From Planctomycetota bacterium (GTDB lineage: Bacteria > Planctomycetota > GCA-002687715), in NCBI GenBank assembly GCA_009691765.1, contig SIAO01000002.1:467-64466 (forward strand): a stretch of 64,000 nucleotides of DNA, read 5' to 3'. Both the position numbers and the translations under genes were made by a program. How positions within the stretch are numbered: position 1 is the first letter of the stretch; the number at the start of each line of letters is the position of its first letter. Of this stretch, positions 28,660 through 40,613 are shown piece after piece. The notes beneath the pieces were generated by a model. It saw only the letters and a list, made by a program, of their open reading frames with translations. It did not search any database and was not told the DNA's origin.

Positions 28660-29868
28660 TCAACGCTGACGCACCACGAAATTCGCGATGGCATCACAGG
28701 CCTCGCCGATGATCTCCGTCGAGGGCAACAACACGATGCGAAAGTGCTGTGTTCCCGGGCGTTGGCCGAAACCACTGCCGGGCACCACCACGACGCCTGT
28801 CTCTTGCATGAGTTCGCTGCACCAGCGCACATCACTCTCAACATTGTGCAGCCGCGCGAAGGCGTAGAAAGCGCCGCGAGGCGTTACGCACGAAATCCCA
28901 GGAATGGCATTCAAGCGCTGCATGGCGAGATCGCGGCAGGTGGTCAGCGCCTTCATCATTTCCGTGATGTGCGTTTGCGAACCCTGCAAGCACGGTGCGA
29001 TGCCGTATTGCTCAGGATGATTGGCGGAAAGCCGCGCCCGACCAAGCTGCCGGACAGCCTCCAACCATGGTTGCAAGCGTTCAGCGTCGCCGCTCACCAC
29101 GCCCCAACCGATGCGGAAACCAGGCGCGATCCAGTTCTTGGACAGCCCACCGAGAGTGAGCACGCTCACCGTTGGATCGAAGGAACCGAGCGGAGTGTGC
29201 TGGCGGCCATCGAAGAGCAAGCGATCGTAGATTTCGTCGGCGAACACCACCAAATCGCGCTCGGCTGCCAAGCGCACCACGCTGCGCAGCGTTTCTGGCG
29301 CCGCGAGAGATCCGGTCGGATTGTTGGGATTGATCACAACGACAGCGCGCGTGTGGGCATCACAGTGCGCCGCCATGTCTTCTACATCGGGTTGCCAGTC
29401 GTTGGCTTCGTCTAGCTGGTAAGGACGCGCCTCGATGCCGAGCTTCGCCGCAAGCGCCGTGTACAGCGGATACCCAGGAGACGGCACAAGAATGTTTTCG
29501 CCCGGATCACAAAGCGCCGTGAGCGCCATGTCGATGACTTCAGAGCAACCGTTGCCCACCCATGTGTGACAGATGTTGCGGATGCCGCGCGCTTGAGCGT
29601 CGCTCTCGATGGCCTGCAGTGCCTCCGCGATTCCTTCGCTTGGGGCATAACCGTTCTGGTTTCTGCGCATCGCGCCTTCGACGGCGCTCAGCAAATGCTC
29701 TGGCGGCGCAAACCCGAACTGATTCGGATCGCCGATGTTCAAACACAGCATGCGCTTGCCGGCTTTGCGCAATCGCTCGGCTTGCACCACGACGTCGCGC
29801 ACCGCATAGCGCACGCCCGCCACGCGCTGAGCGGCTCTCACCGGCTTGCTGGAGTTCTCGATGGCCAC
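28660..29868 (-). CDS. class I/II aminotransferase (alanine-aminotransferase-like)
   Basis: 'LNIGDPNQFGF', 'YAPSEGI', 'VINPNNPTG', PLP-Lys block 'GLSKNWIAPGFRIGWG'. The ORF is open to 29997, but a terminator-like hairpin lies at 29951-30005, so GTG 29868 (VAIENSSKP..) is the likelier start. Confidence 0.85.
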   Translation of the reverse strand: MAIENSSKPVRAAQRVAGVRYAVRDVVVQAERLRKAGKRMLCLNIGDPNQFGFAPPEHLLSAVEGAMRRNQNGYAPSEGIAEALQAIESDAQARGIRNICHTWVGNGCSEVIDMALTALCDPGENILVPSPGYPLYTALAAKLGIEARPYQLDEANDWQPDVEDMAAHCDAHTRAVVVINPNNPTGSLAAPETLRSVVRLAAERDLVVFADEIYDRLLFDGRQHTPLGSFDPTVSVLTLGGLSKNWIAPGFRIGWGVVSGDAERLQPWLEAVRQLGRARLSANHPEQYGIAPCLQGSQTHITEMMKALTTCRDLAMQRLNAIPGISCVTPRGAFYAFARLHNVESDVRWCSELMQETGVVVVPGSGFGQRPGTQHFRIVLLPSTEIIGEACDAIANFVVRQR

Positions 29869-29950
29869 AGAAACCCTTCCGGATCGGCGTGTCGCGCGCG
29901 CGCTAAGCAGACCCCTTGCACAGAGAGCGTACGCATCCTGCGCACACCCG

Positions 29951-30005
29951 CAAAAAGGGCGAAGAGCCTCGCGCCCGGCGTCTCCGCCAGCATGCAAGGC
30001 TCTTC
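29951..30005 (-). terminator. candidate intrinsic terminator (minus strand)
   Basis: Minus strand reads GAAGAGCC-(29 nt with an inner GGCG/CGCC stem)-GGCTCTTC followed by GCCCTTTTTG. Confidence 0.5.
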
Positions 30006-30126
30006 ATTCGGGCCCATGGGGCCCCCTTAGGTGCTCTGTCGCATGGAGGTTCACACCTCGCACGCTACGCGGCGACCACACTCGCGCTATTCACCCTCGG
30101 GGCGCGCGAACTCCCCCTCGACCCGC

Positions 30127-30507
30127 TCAGCAGCAGGCGACGCCCAAGCCGGAGCCGGAGCGACGGGAAACTTGCCAAGGTACGAACCCAGACAACATGC
30201 TGATCACGTTGGACTCGGGCCATCGAACATGTCGCCTCGGGTAGCCCCGAAAATCGACGGTCTCCGGCACGAGCCAGCCGCGACGCGACAGTGTGGGCGG
30301 GAACGGGTTGGATCTGTCAGCAAGCGCCCCGAGGTTCCCTCGGTACGCCGTCCAGTGCCAGCCGGAGGGCAGCGTCGCATCCAACTTCGTTCCCACGCAC
30401 CCCACCGAACCTGGTGATGCTTCGGCGGCTCGTTTCCGAGACTCGGGACGGGCTCCCACCCATCTGCGAATCTCAGCTCCGTGCGCGCCCGGCGTCTTGC
30501 CAGACAT
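30127..30507 (-). CDS. possible small Trp-rich hypothetical protein (or a spurious ORF over a structured RNA)
   Basis: 126-aa ORF. G/C third positions are strong only from ~30400 downward ('..LPSGWHWTAYRGNLGALADRSNPFPPTLSRRGWLVPETVDFRGYPRRHVRWPESNVISMLSGFVPW..'). No SD, and no family I recognise. Confidence 0.25.
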   Translation of the reverse strand: MSGKTPGAHGAEIRRWVGARPESRKRAAEASPGSVGCVGTKLDATLPSGWHWTAYRGNLGALADRSNPFPPTLSRRGWLVPETVDFRGYPRRHVRWPESNVISMLSGFVPWQVSRRSGSGLGVACC

Positions 30508-30656
30508 CGCTGCAAACTGCGTGGATCTTTTTCAAGGGTGCCAGTTGAGCCCCACCAGCAGGAGCTGGTGAATCTCGAGAGCCGAAGCTCTCAGTTGCGG
30601 AAGGGTGACCTGATCGGGCGGGCCTGCCTTTGCAAGGCCCTTCATCAACCGTGAGC

Positions 30657-30712
30657 AGTATGGCTCATCGCGATACAGGTAATCAAGAAGATTTGTTGAT
30701 TATTGTTGAAAG
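30657..30712 (-). promoter_or_regulatory. AT-rich island with repeats and a promoter-like -35/-10 on the minus strand
   Basis: Direct repeat TTGTTGA (30693-99, 30703-09). Inverted repeat AATCAA/TTGATT (30681-86 / 30696-30701). On the minus strand, TTGATT-N18-CATACT (plus-strand 30681-86 and 30657-62). Confidence 0.3.
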
Positions 30713-30862
30713 CCTGCTGCTATCTGGGCATGGCCTTGGCCGTCCAGCGAATGGCCAGTAGCGCAAACCGCTGTCACTTGCGAGCTTGCGTCGAAGTCGT
30801 CCGCCGTGAGGAGCTGTTGAGAACTTGTAAGGGATTGCGCGCTGAACTACGACACGCTGCGC

Positions 30863-31468
30863 TCAGAAGCTGGCTGGAGCGCGCTTGGACAGCGCCTTCG
30901 CGACGGCTTCGTTCAGCTCGGTCGCGCGAATAGGCTTGAAGAGCACCTCGATGGCGCCCGTGTCACGCCGGATGGTGTCAGCATCGATGTCTGTGGTGCC
31001 CGTAACAAAAATCACTTGCACGTTAGACAGGTCGGGATTCGCGCGAATCTTGCGACACACTTCGAGGCCATCCATGCCCGGCATGAGGATATCGAGCAAG
31101 ACGATATGTGGTTTGCTGATACCGATTTGCATCAATGCAGACAAGCCGTCATTGATCCAATTGACGGCGTAGCCCGTGACTTCGTGATGCAAATAACTCT
31201 GCAGCACTTTCGCAACTTGGGCATCGTCTTCAACGATGAGAATACGAATCTCGCTCTGCAGTTCTTTGGGAGTCGGCATTTCCCGCGTGTGCAAAAACTG
31301 CACCAACTCGTCGGGAGAAACGCGGCGATGGCCACCGGGCGTGCGGTGCGCTTCAAGATGGCCGCGATCAATCCAGTTGGCGACAGTGCGCTCGCTGACC
31401 CCGATGAGGCCTGCGATCTGGTTGGTGGTGAGAAAGCGAGCAGATGACATGGTGGTAACTGATCTCAT
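30863..31468 (-). CDS. response regulator: N-terminal excisionase/MerR-type HTH + C-terminal receiver domain
   Basis: 'LTTNQIAGLIGVSERTVANWIDRGHLEAHRTPGGHRRV' followed by the receiver 'ILIVEDD', 'VLLDILMPGMDG', 'VIFVTG', 'FKP'. Confidence 0.85.
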   Translation of the reverse strand: MRSVTTMSSARFLTTNQIAGLIGVSERTVANWIDRGHLEAHRTPGGHRRVSPDELVQFLHTREMPTPKELQSEIRILIVEDDAQVAKVLQSYLHHEVTGYAVNWINDGLSALMQIGISKPHIVLLDILMPGMDGLEVCRKIRANPDLSNVQVIFVTGTTDIDADTIRRDTGAIEVLFKPIRATELNEAVAKALSKRAPASF

Positions 31469-31726
31469 GGCAACGATTGGTCATGCACGCTAAGAACACC
31501 ACCCCAAGTCCTGCTCAGACCAAGGCGACCTCTCGGCGGAGTGGCCCCTTGCACAAGCGTGAGAAACATACCACGCATCCAGCGCGGCCGCCGGATTTGT
31601 GGATTTCCATCTCGCAGGTCGCCGCGTAGGTGGCGTTTCAGCCACGTAGAGAAAGCTTTCGGTTTGCTCCCCCTCTTCAATCAAGAAAATTCCGAAAAAC
31701 ACGTCCTTCGGGCATAACCTATTGCC

Positions 31727-33481
31727 ATGCGCTGCTTCATATTTTTCATCGTGTTCGTCGTCTCAGCTCCTGCTCAAGTCGCACTTCTGAATTCGGCGAT
31801 TGCACCCCCAAGCCTCGTGCGCTCAACGGTGGGATCGGGCATCACGCTGGACTACACAGTGCCGTTCCTCGGCGGCGGCTGCGCTGCTCGAGCGTCCACC
31901 GCGGCGAATCTGAGTTACTTGCCCACCGGAGTGGCGCTGACTCCCAGCGCGGGCTTCACTATCCAGTTTCACTACCGTCCATGGGCTGCACAGAACTTCG
32001 GCTACATCTTCGGTGACGGCGTCATGGTGTCGCCATTAACAGGTTACAGCGGCGGACGATTCCGCATGTTTCAAAGCGGTGCGTGCTACTGCCCCGCGTA
32101 CACACCGACGAACAGTGCTGGCCTGACGCTGCGTGGCGTCCCGAATGAAGTCGCGGTCACAGGCGGCCCGCTGCTGAGCATGGTCAACGCCAATGGCTGG
32201 GTGCACATCGCGGTGCGCTACTCGCCGACAACAAACATCATCGATATTTTCATGAATGGAATCTCCATGGTGAGCGTGCAGCAGACTGCGGGGCCCTTCA
32301 ATTGGAACGGCACGGAGCTCGACTTCATGGGCGACCGCGCTTCCACGACGCTCGCTGCGCAAGCACAGTACGACGACATCCGCATCTACCCGTTCGCACG
32401 CAGCACCGCTGACATTCAAGCGGACTGGCAAATCGTCGCGAGCGGCATGGGCCCTTCCGGATTGCCGAACACGCCTCCAACCACGTACTTCGAATGCGAC
32501 TTCGCTCTCAATAATCATGAAGCTGTTGTCGGCGTGAACGGAGATGCACCGGGTCACAATGAACGTCGCATCACCGCAGGCACTGGCATCGGTTGGGGTG
32601 GCGATTGCTTGACACTTCCGGGCACACCGGCAAGTTGTCTCATCAATATTTGGCCCGGCGGCACCAACCCGAACTGCATCACTCCCGGATTCCCAGCGGT
32701 GGAACTGGGCCACAATTTCAGCTTGCCTGGATGGCCGTTGGCGCTGATTGTGCCGGACGGACTTGGACTTTCGGCCCTTGGCGTTGCAGGCGGCTTGCTG
32801 TTGCCCTACACGTACAGCGGAACGGCGTCGCCGTTGATGCTGACGACAGCACTCGGCGGTGGGCTGCTCGTCAACGGTGACCGCATCGCACTGCAATTCG
32901 TTGCACCTGATCCGACCAGTCAAGGCTTCATCGGCAGTTCCAATGTCTGCACGATGCGTTGGGCCGACGCTTTACCGGGCGACCACGCGCACGTGGAAGC
33001 GCGCGGCTCCGCTGCTATTCAAGTCTTCGGTTTTCATGAGATGCGCAACACGGGCAGCACGGCCATCACCTCGGTGACGATCAACTGCCTGCCGCTCGGC
33101 GCAGGCGTTGTGGGTTTCTCGCCCGCTGGGGCCTTGAACAGCGGCGGATCTCTCTTCGCCGGAAGCTCCTACCGCAACGGTACAGAAGTTTTCACCGGCC
33201 TTGCAGGCACCGCGCCCGGTCTGTTCACAGGCACGAACCCGTTTGCCACCACGGTTGGAGGCTTGGCGGCCACCGCATACAGCACGCTCAGCTTCACGTT
33301 CACGAGTTTTGACGCGACGATTGACGAGCTTGTGTGGGATTGCGATCTTGTGCCCAACAACAGCGTCGGCAGCGTACTCATTGGAGCCACAGTCTCCGTG
33401 ACCTTCGCTTCGGGTGTCACTTTGACAGGCACGCTTGTCGCCGATCCTCTCGACCCGTTCGCCGCGCAGATCGATCTCTAA
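31727..33481 (+). CDS. secreted LamG/concanavalin-like domain protein
   Basis: Signal 'FIFFIVFVVSAPAQ'. LamG-type pattern 'FTIQFHYRPW..GYIFGD..FRMF..WVHIAVRY..IFMNG..ELDFMGDR..YDDIRIY'. The C-terminal half is uncharacterised. Confidence 0.72.
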   Translation: MRCFIFFIVFVVSAPAQVALLNSAIAPPSLVRSTVGSGITLDYTVPFLGGGCAARASTAANLSYLPTGVALTPSAGFTIQFHYRPWAAQNFGYIFGDGVMVSPLTGYSGGRFRMFQSGACYCPAYTPTNSAGLTLRGVPNEVAVTGGPLLSMVNANGWVHIAVRYSPTTNIIDIFMNGISMVSVQQTAGPFNWNGTELDFMGDRASTTLAAQAQYDDIRIYPFARSTADIQADWQIVASGMGPSGLPNTPPTTYFECDFALNNHEAVVGVNGDAPGHNERRITAGTGIGWGGDCLTLPGTPASCLINIWPGGTNPNCITPGFPAVELGHNFSLPGWPLALIVPDGLGLSALGVAGGLLLPYTYSGTASPLMLTTALGGGLLVNGDRIALQFVAPDPTSQGFIGSSNVCTMRWADALPGDHAHVEARGSAAIQVFGFHEMRNTGSTAITSVTINCLPLGAGVVGFSPAGALNSGGSLFAGSSYRNGTEVFTGLAGTAPGLFTGTNPFATTVGGLAATAYSTLSFTFTSFDATIDELVWDCDLVPNNSVGSVLIGATVSVTFASGVTLTGTLVADPLDPFAAQIDL

Positions 33482-33585
33482 TCGGTCGACGCCTGTGCCA
33501 AGTTCGCTTCCTCCCGTGCAGGCCGGCGGGTACGCTGCGACCCTCAGCAGCCTTGCCTTTCTGCAGGCCTGCTGAGGGAGGAACG

Positions 33586-33765
33586 ATGGACGACACTTCT
33601 CGCGCTGGTGCGGAGCCGCTGAAGAACGCTGCGAACGAGTCAAAGACCCGCGCGCCCATTGAGCAAGATCGCGAGTGGCACCACAGCTTCACATGGCACC
33701 AAACTGGTGCCTCGGCAACGTGCGCCGAAGCCAAGCAAGAGCAACTCAGCACAACTGGTTTTTGA
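33586..33765 (+). CDS. possible 59-aa hypothetical protein
   Basis: ATG 33586 is preceded by GAGGGAGG (33574-81). An 8-bp inverted repeat CTCAGCAG/CTGCTGAG (33543-50 / 33570-77) overlaps the SD. No homology recognised. Confidence 0.3.
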   Translation: MDDTSRAGAEPLKNAANESKTRAPIEQDREWHHSFTWHQTGASATCAEAKQEQLSTTGF

Positions 33766-33768
33766 AAC

Positions 33769-34968
33769 TCATTGCGCGGGCAACGCAGCGAGCAAGCGCT
33801 GCACATCCGCATCTGTGTTGGGAGCATGAAGGCTGATGCGAATACCACCGACACCCGCTGCGTAACGCACAGAGCACACGATTCGCTGTGTGCGTAGCAC
33901 TTGCACCAGAGCCTTCTCGGCGACTTCGCCCCCTGCACCGAACACCACGATTCCGGCACGCTCGGTAGGCTCCACGGGTGTCAACACGCTGTAGCCGCGC
34001 TGTAGCAAGCCAGCGATGAGCATTGTGCCCAAGCTGCGCACGTGCGCCGCAATCGCGCCTTCACCAGCACTGTCGAGCAGACGGAGCGAGGCCAAGAGCG
34101 TGATGGCTCCCGCGTAGTTTGGTGTGCCACCCGTTTCGAACGCACGCGCGCTCGAAGGCACGCGCACTTCGTCATGCAAACTGCTCGTAGAACTGCTGAA
34201 CCACTCGCCCCAGTGACCTTGCGGCGGATGCCCTGAGAGGAACCCCACAAACGGTGGCTGATGCCGCGCTGCAGTTTCTGGATGAACCCACAAGAAACCT
34301 TGACCAAGTGTTCCGAGCAACCACTTGTGCCCGCCGCACGCGATGAATTGCGCCGGGATGGCACGCGTGTCCAAGGGCGTGACTCCGAATGTCTGCGTTG
34401 CATCTACGAGCAATTGGATGCCACGCATCCGTGTCTCGCGACCAATCGCAGCGAGATCCACCAATGCGCCACTGGTCCAACAGATGGTGGACAACGCCAC
34501 AACGCGCGTGCGTTCGTCGATGCGCTCCAGCAAGTCGTCGACGCACAAGCGGCCAGCGCGAGGCGGCACGAAACGCAATTCCAATCCGTCGCGGCGCGCG
34601 CGATGACGCCAAGGCATGGCAACCGCGAGGTAATCAATCTCACTGAGAATCACGTTGTCGCCGGCTTGCAGGCGTAACGCACCGGCAGCGGCATTCAGAC
34701 CAGCCGTCGTGTTTTCGAGGAGCCCGATATCGCGCGCTTGCGCGTTCAATTGTTGCGCAAGAAGCGTTCGCAGCGCGTTACGCGTTTCTCCATGCGCCGC
34801 GTGCATCCAAGTGGATTCGCCTGAATCGCAGCGCTCGCATGCAGCGAGAAACTCAACCAGCGCATGGTGCGCTGGCGTAGGCAAAAGCCCCGTTGAAGCC
34901 CAATCAAGAAAGCACAACCCGTTGTCCAACGCTGGAAACGCGGCCCGCATGTTCTGCAACGCTTGCAT
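33769..34968 (-). CDS. class V aminotransferase (cysteine desulfurase / SufS/CsdA-like fold)
   Basis: PLP-lysine block 'ACGGHKWLLG'; 399 aa; typical N-terminal 'FPAL....YLD.A..G' region. Confidence 0.85.
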   Translation of the reverse strand: MQALQNMRAAFPALDNGLCFLDWASTGLLPTPAHHALVEFLAACERCDSGESTWMHAAHGETRNALRTLLAQQLNAQARDIGLLENTTAGLNAAAGALRLQAGDNVILSEIDYLAVAMPWRHRARRDGLELRFVPPRAGRLCVDDLLERIDERTRVVALSTICWTSGALVDLAAIGRETRMRGIQLLVDATQTFGVTPLDTRAIPAQFIACGGHKWLLGTLGQGFLWVHPETAARHQPPFVGFLSGHPPQGHWGEWFSSSTSSLHDEVRVPSSARAFETGGTPNYAGAITLLASLRLLDSAGEGAIAAHVRSLGTMLIAGLLQRGYSVLTPVEPTERAGIVVFGAGGEVAEKALVQVLRTQRIVCSVRYAAGVGGIRISLHAPNTDADVQRLLAALPAQ

Positions 34969-35001
34969 GGCGCAGAGGATAGCGCAGAGCGGCGCTGCGA
35001 A

Positions 35002-38642
<3,641 letters not shown>

Positions 38643-38646
<4 letters not shown>

Positions 38647-39566
38647 GTTCGTGGCCCTTTCCTCGCGCTTGCTAGCAGCGCCACAAAATGCGGTGGTTTC
38701 GGATCACGCGAAACGCGTTGCACGCTGCACTCCGTCAAACCCGCTGCGCGCATGCAACCCAACAACTCACGCTCGCTGAAACCGAGTTTGCGATGCCCGT
38801 AGCGCTGCCGCACCCATGTTTCCTCGTGAGTGAGCAAATCCAGAATCAGAAGCTGCCCGCCGGGGCGAAGCCCCTTCGCAGCGGCCTGCACCACAAGGCG
38901 CGGGGATTCCACTTCATGCAGTAGCTGGCTGACGATCACGACATCGACCTCTCCAGCCGCCAGCGGTGCCGCAGCAGCATCGCGCAAGCGGCACTCCACA
39001 CGCGCACTCAGACCGGCTCGCTTCGCGCGGGCCTTCAAACGCGAGAGTGCAGCGGCATCATGATCGACGGCAATCACCTTGCGCGCATGGGTCGCGAGAA
39101 GCAGCGCCATCTCACCAGAGCCGATGCCGATGTCGGCGATGTGAAGCTCCGGGAGGCACTGCAAAAGCGCCCGCGCAAACGCTTCCCAACTGCGTCCAGG
39201 GAGATAGCCGGCGCCGAGAGAATCCGGAGCAGCCGCCTGCGTCCGACGCCGCAACACTTGAGCCACACTCTCGCGGTCGCTCTTGGCTTGTCGCGTTGCA
39301 GCGTGTTCGCGCAGCGCCGCAAGCGCAACAACACTGAGAGTTTTTGGGTCGCTGCGGCAAAGGCTATGCCGCCCTTCGCGGCGCGTTTGCACCAAGCCTT
39401 CTTCTGCGAGCTTGGCTAACTGCGTCGACACCAAAGACTGCCGTGCGTTCAAAGCCTGCGCCAGTTCCCCGACGCCAATCTCCTCCTGTGTGAGAAGATG
39501 CAGCAGCCTCAAACGGAGTGGTTCCGCCAGTAAGCGCAAGGTGCGAGTGAGTTCATGACGCGGCAT
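38643..39566 (-). CDS. ArsR/SmtB-family wHTH regulator fused to a SAM-dependent methyltransferase domain
   Basis: '[41 protein letters not shown]' plus MTase motif I '[13 protein letters not shown]'. The stop overlaps the metH start (ATGA at 38643-46). Confidence 0.85.
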
Positions 39567-39590
39567 ATATTCATCATCGTATCCGAATAT
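39567..39590. promoter_or_regulatory. candidate operator (inverted repeat) abutting the ArsR-type gene start
   Basis: ATATTC (39567-72)-N12-GAATAT (39585-90) in a locally AT-rich stretch immediately upstream of ATG 39566. Confidence 0.35.
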
Positions 39591-39596
39591 GTTGGA

Positions 39597-39749
39597 ATGA
39601 CGCTGAGCTGCTTAGTTCTCTGTGCGCTGCTCGGTGCCCAAACCCCCGTCCAAGCGCCCACCGACCCCCGTTCCCCTGCGGAAATCAAAGCCACACTGCA
39701 ACTTGTGCGCAATGGTGCCTTGAACATCGTCAAAAGGACTCTGGCCTAG
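39597..39749 (+). CDS. possible small signal-peptide ORF
   Basis: 'MTLSCLVLCALLGAQTPVQAP..' looks like a signal peptide. The ORF ends at TAG 39747-49, just before the next ORF in another frame. Confidence 0.25.
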   Translation: MTLSCLVLCALLGAQTPVQAPTDPRSPAEIKATLQLVRNGALNIVKRTLA

Positions 39750-39757
39750 CGGCGCTA

Positions 39758-40081
39758 TTGCAAGCGGAAGCCGCCGGAGCCGAACTCGCGACCATCACGA
39801 AACTCTGCGACGCTCTGAACATGACTACGGCCGCACCTTTGGACAAGCTGCTCCCTCAGAAAGAGCGCGAGCTGCATGACGCACTGCTCAAGGCTGCAGA
39901 GGCGCACAAGTTGAATGACCTCAGCGCGCGGCTGCTACTGCGCACCGCGGTCGCTGATCCACAGAATGAACTCGCATCCACATGGCAGGCCGCACGCGAG
40001 CAACTCGGAGTGCGCGACTGCTTCTTGCTGCAGGGTTCGGACCATGCATTGGTGGCATGGGTCTCGCTGCCAACCGCTTGA
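39758..40081 (+). CDS. hypothetical protein (possibly the 3' part of a frameshifted gene)
   Basis: 107-aa ORF with a TTG start and a plausible helical composition. Its frame stays open upstream to ~39680 without a start codon. Confidence 0.35.
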   Translation: MQAEAAGAELATITKLCDALNMTTAAPLDKLLPQKERELHDALLKAAEAHKLNDLSARLLLRTAVADPQNELASTWQAAREQLGVRDCFLLQGSDHALVAWVSLPTA

Positions 40082-40208
40082 AAGCGCGGGCGCAAGGGCA
40101 TTCCAGTTTTGGTGGTGGTGGACGGCGCTGGCCACAGCAGTTTCGCGGCAGAGGTCTGGCGCCTGTTCCCTTGAGCGCACGCTTCGCAGTCAAGCGCTGC
40201 ACCGAGCT

Positions 40209-40613
40209 TCAATCGCGCACGGTGCGTAGCCGCAGCACGACCACCATGCCGCTGAGCAGCAGCAATCCCACCAAGACGCACCACAGTGTCGGCATGTCCA
40301 GCAGCAGCAGGCTGACGCCTCCGATGCAGAGCATCAGAGTGAACGCCGCCACTTTCACTGCGAGGCGCACGCCGCGATGCTCTTCCCAATCGTGGAGCAG
40401 TGGACCGAACAACCGCGAAGCGCGCAGTTTGGCGTGCAACCGCGGAGAACAGCGCAGCAAACACCAACTGGTGAGCAGCAAGAACGGCGTTGTGGGCAAG
40501 CCCGGCAAGGCCACACCCAACACTGCCAACGCAAAGAAGATGGCCGCCAAGCTCCAGTACAGAACTCGTCGCGCACCCCGTGGTGCTTTGGGAGCTGGGC
40601 CAGCAGAACCCAT
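40209..40613 (-). CDS. YbaN-family (DUF454) inner-membrane protein
   Basis: 'LPGLPTTPFLLLTSWCLLRCSPRLH..L..SRLFGPLLHDWEEHRGV' is the DUF454 signature. Its ATG shares 1 nt with the alaS stop. Confidence 0.8.
   Translation of the reverse strand: MGSAGPAPKAPRGARRVLYWSLAAIFFALAVLGVALPGLPTTPFLLLTSWCLLRCSPRLHAKLRASRLFGPLLHDWEEHRGVRLAVKVAAFTLMLCIGGVSLLLLDMPTLWCVLVGLLLLSGMVVVLRLRTVRD

Noticed and set aside
30250-30350. Cobalamin-riboswitch-like string on the minus strand: 'GGGAAC..GACAGAUCC..CCCGCCCACACUGU..GCCGGAGACCGUC', resembling the GGGAA / CCCGCCACUGU / B12-box GCCAGGAGACCUGCC order.
   Set aside because: The GGGAA is buried in a perfect CCGAGG-GAA-CCUCGG hairpin. The B12-box flanks mismatch, and the spacing between the ACUGU and B12-box elements is far too short. 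The downstream genes are not typical B12-regulated genes. It is worth a cmscan (RF00174), but by eye it is probably chance.
29940-30660. Checked the long structured interval for RNase P RNA, tmRNA, SRP RNA and the SAM-I riboswitch.
   Set aside because: The invariant blocks are absent on both strands: GGAAAGUCCGG / ACAGAACCCGGCUUA for RNase P, a T-arm plus CCACCA end and tag ORF for tmRNA, GGAAGCAGCC for SRP, and AUCAAGAG..GGCAACC..GGUGCUAA for SAM-I.
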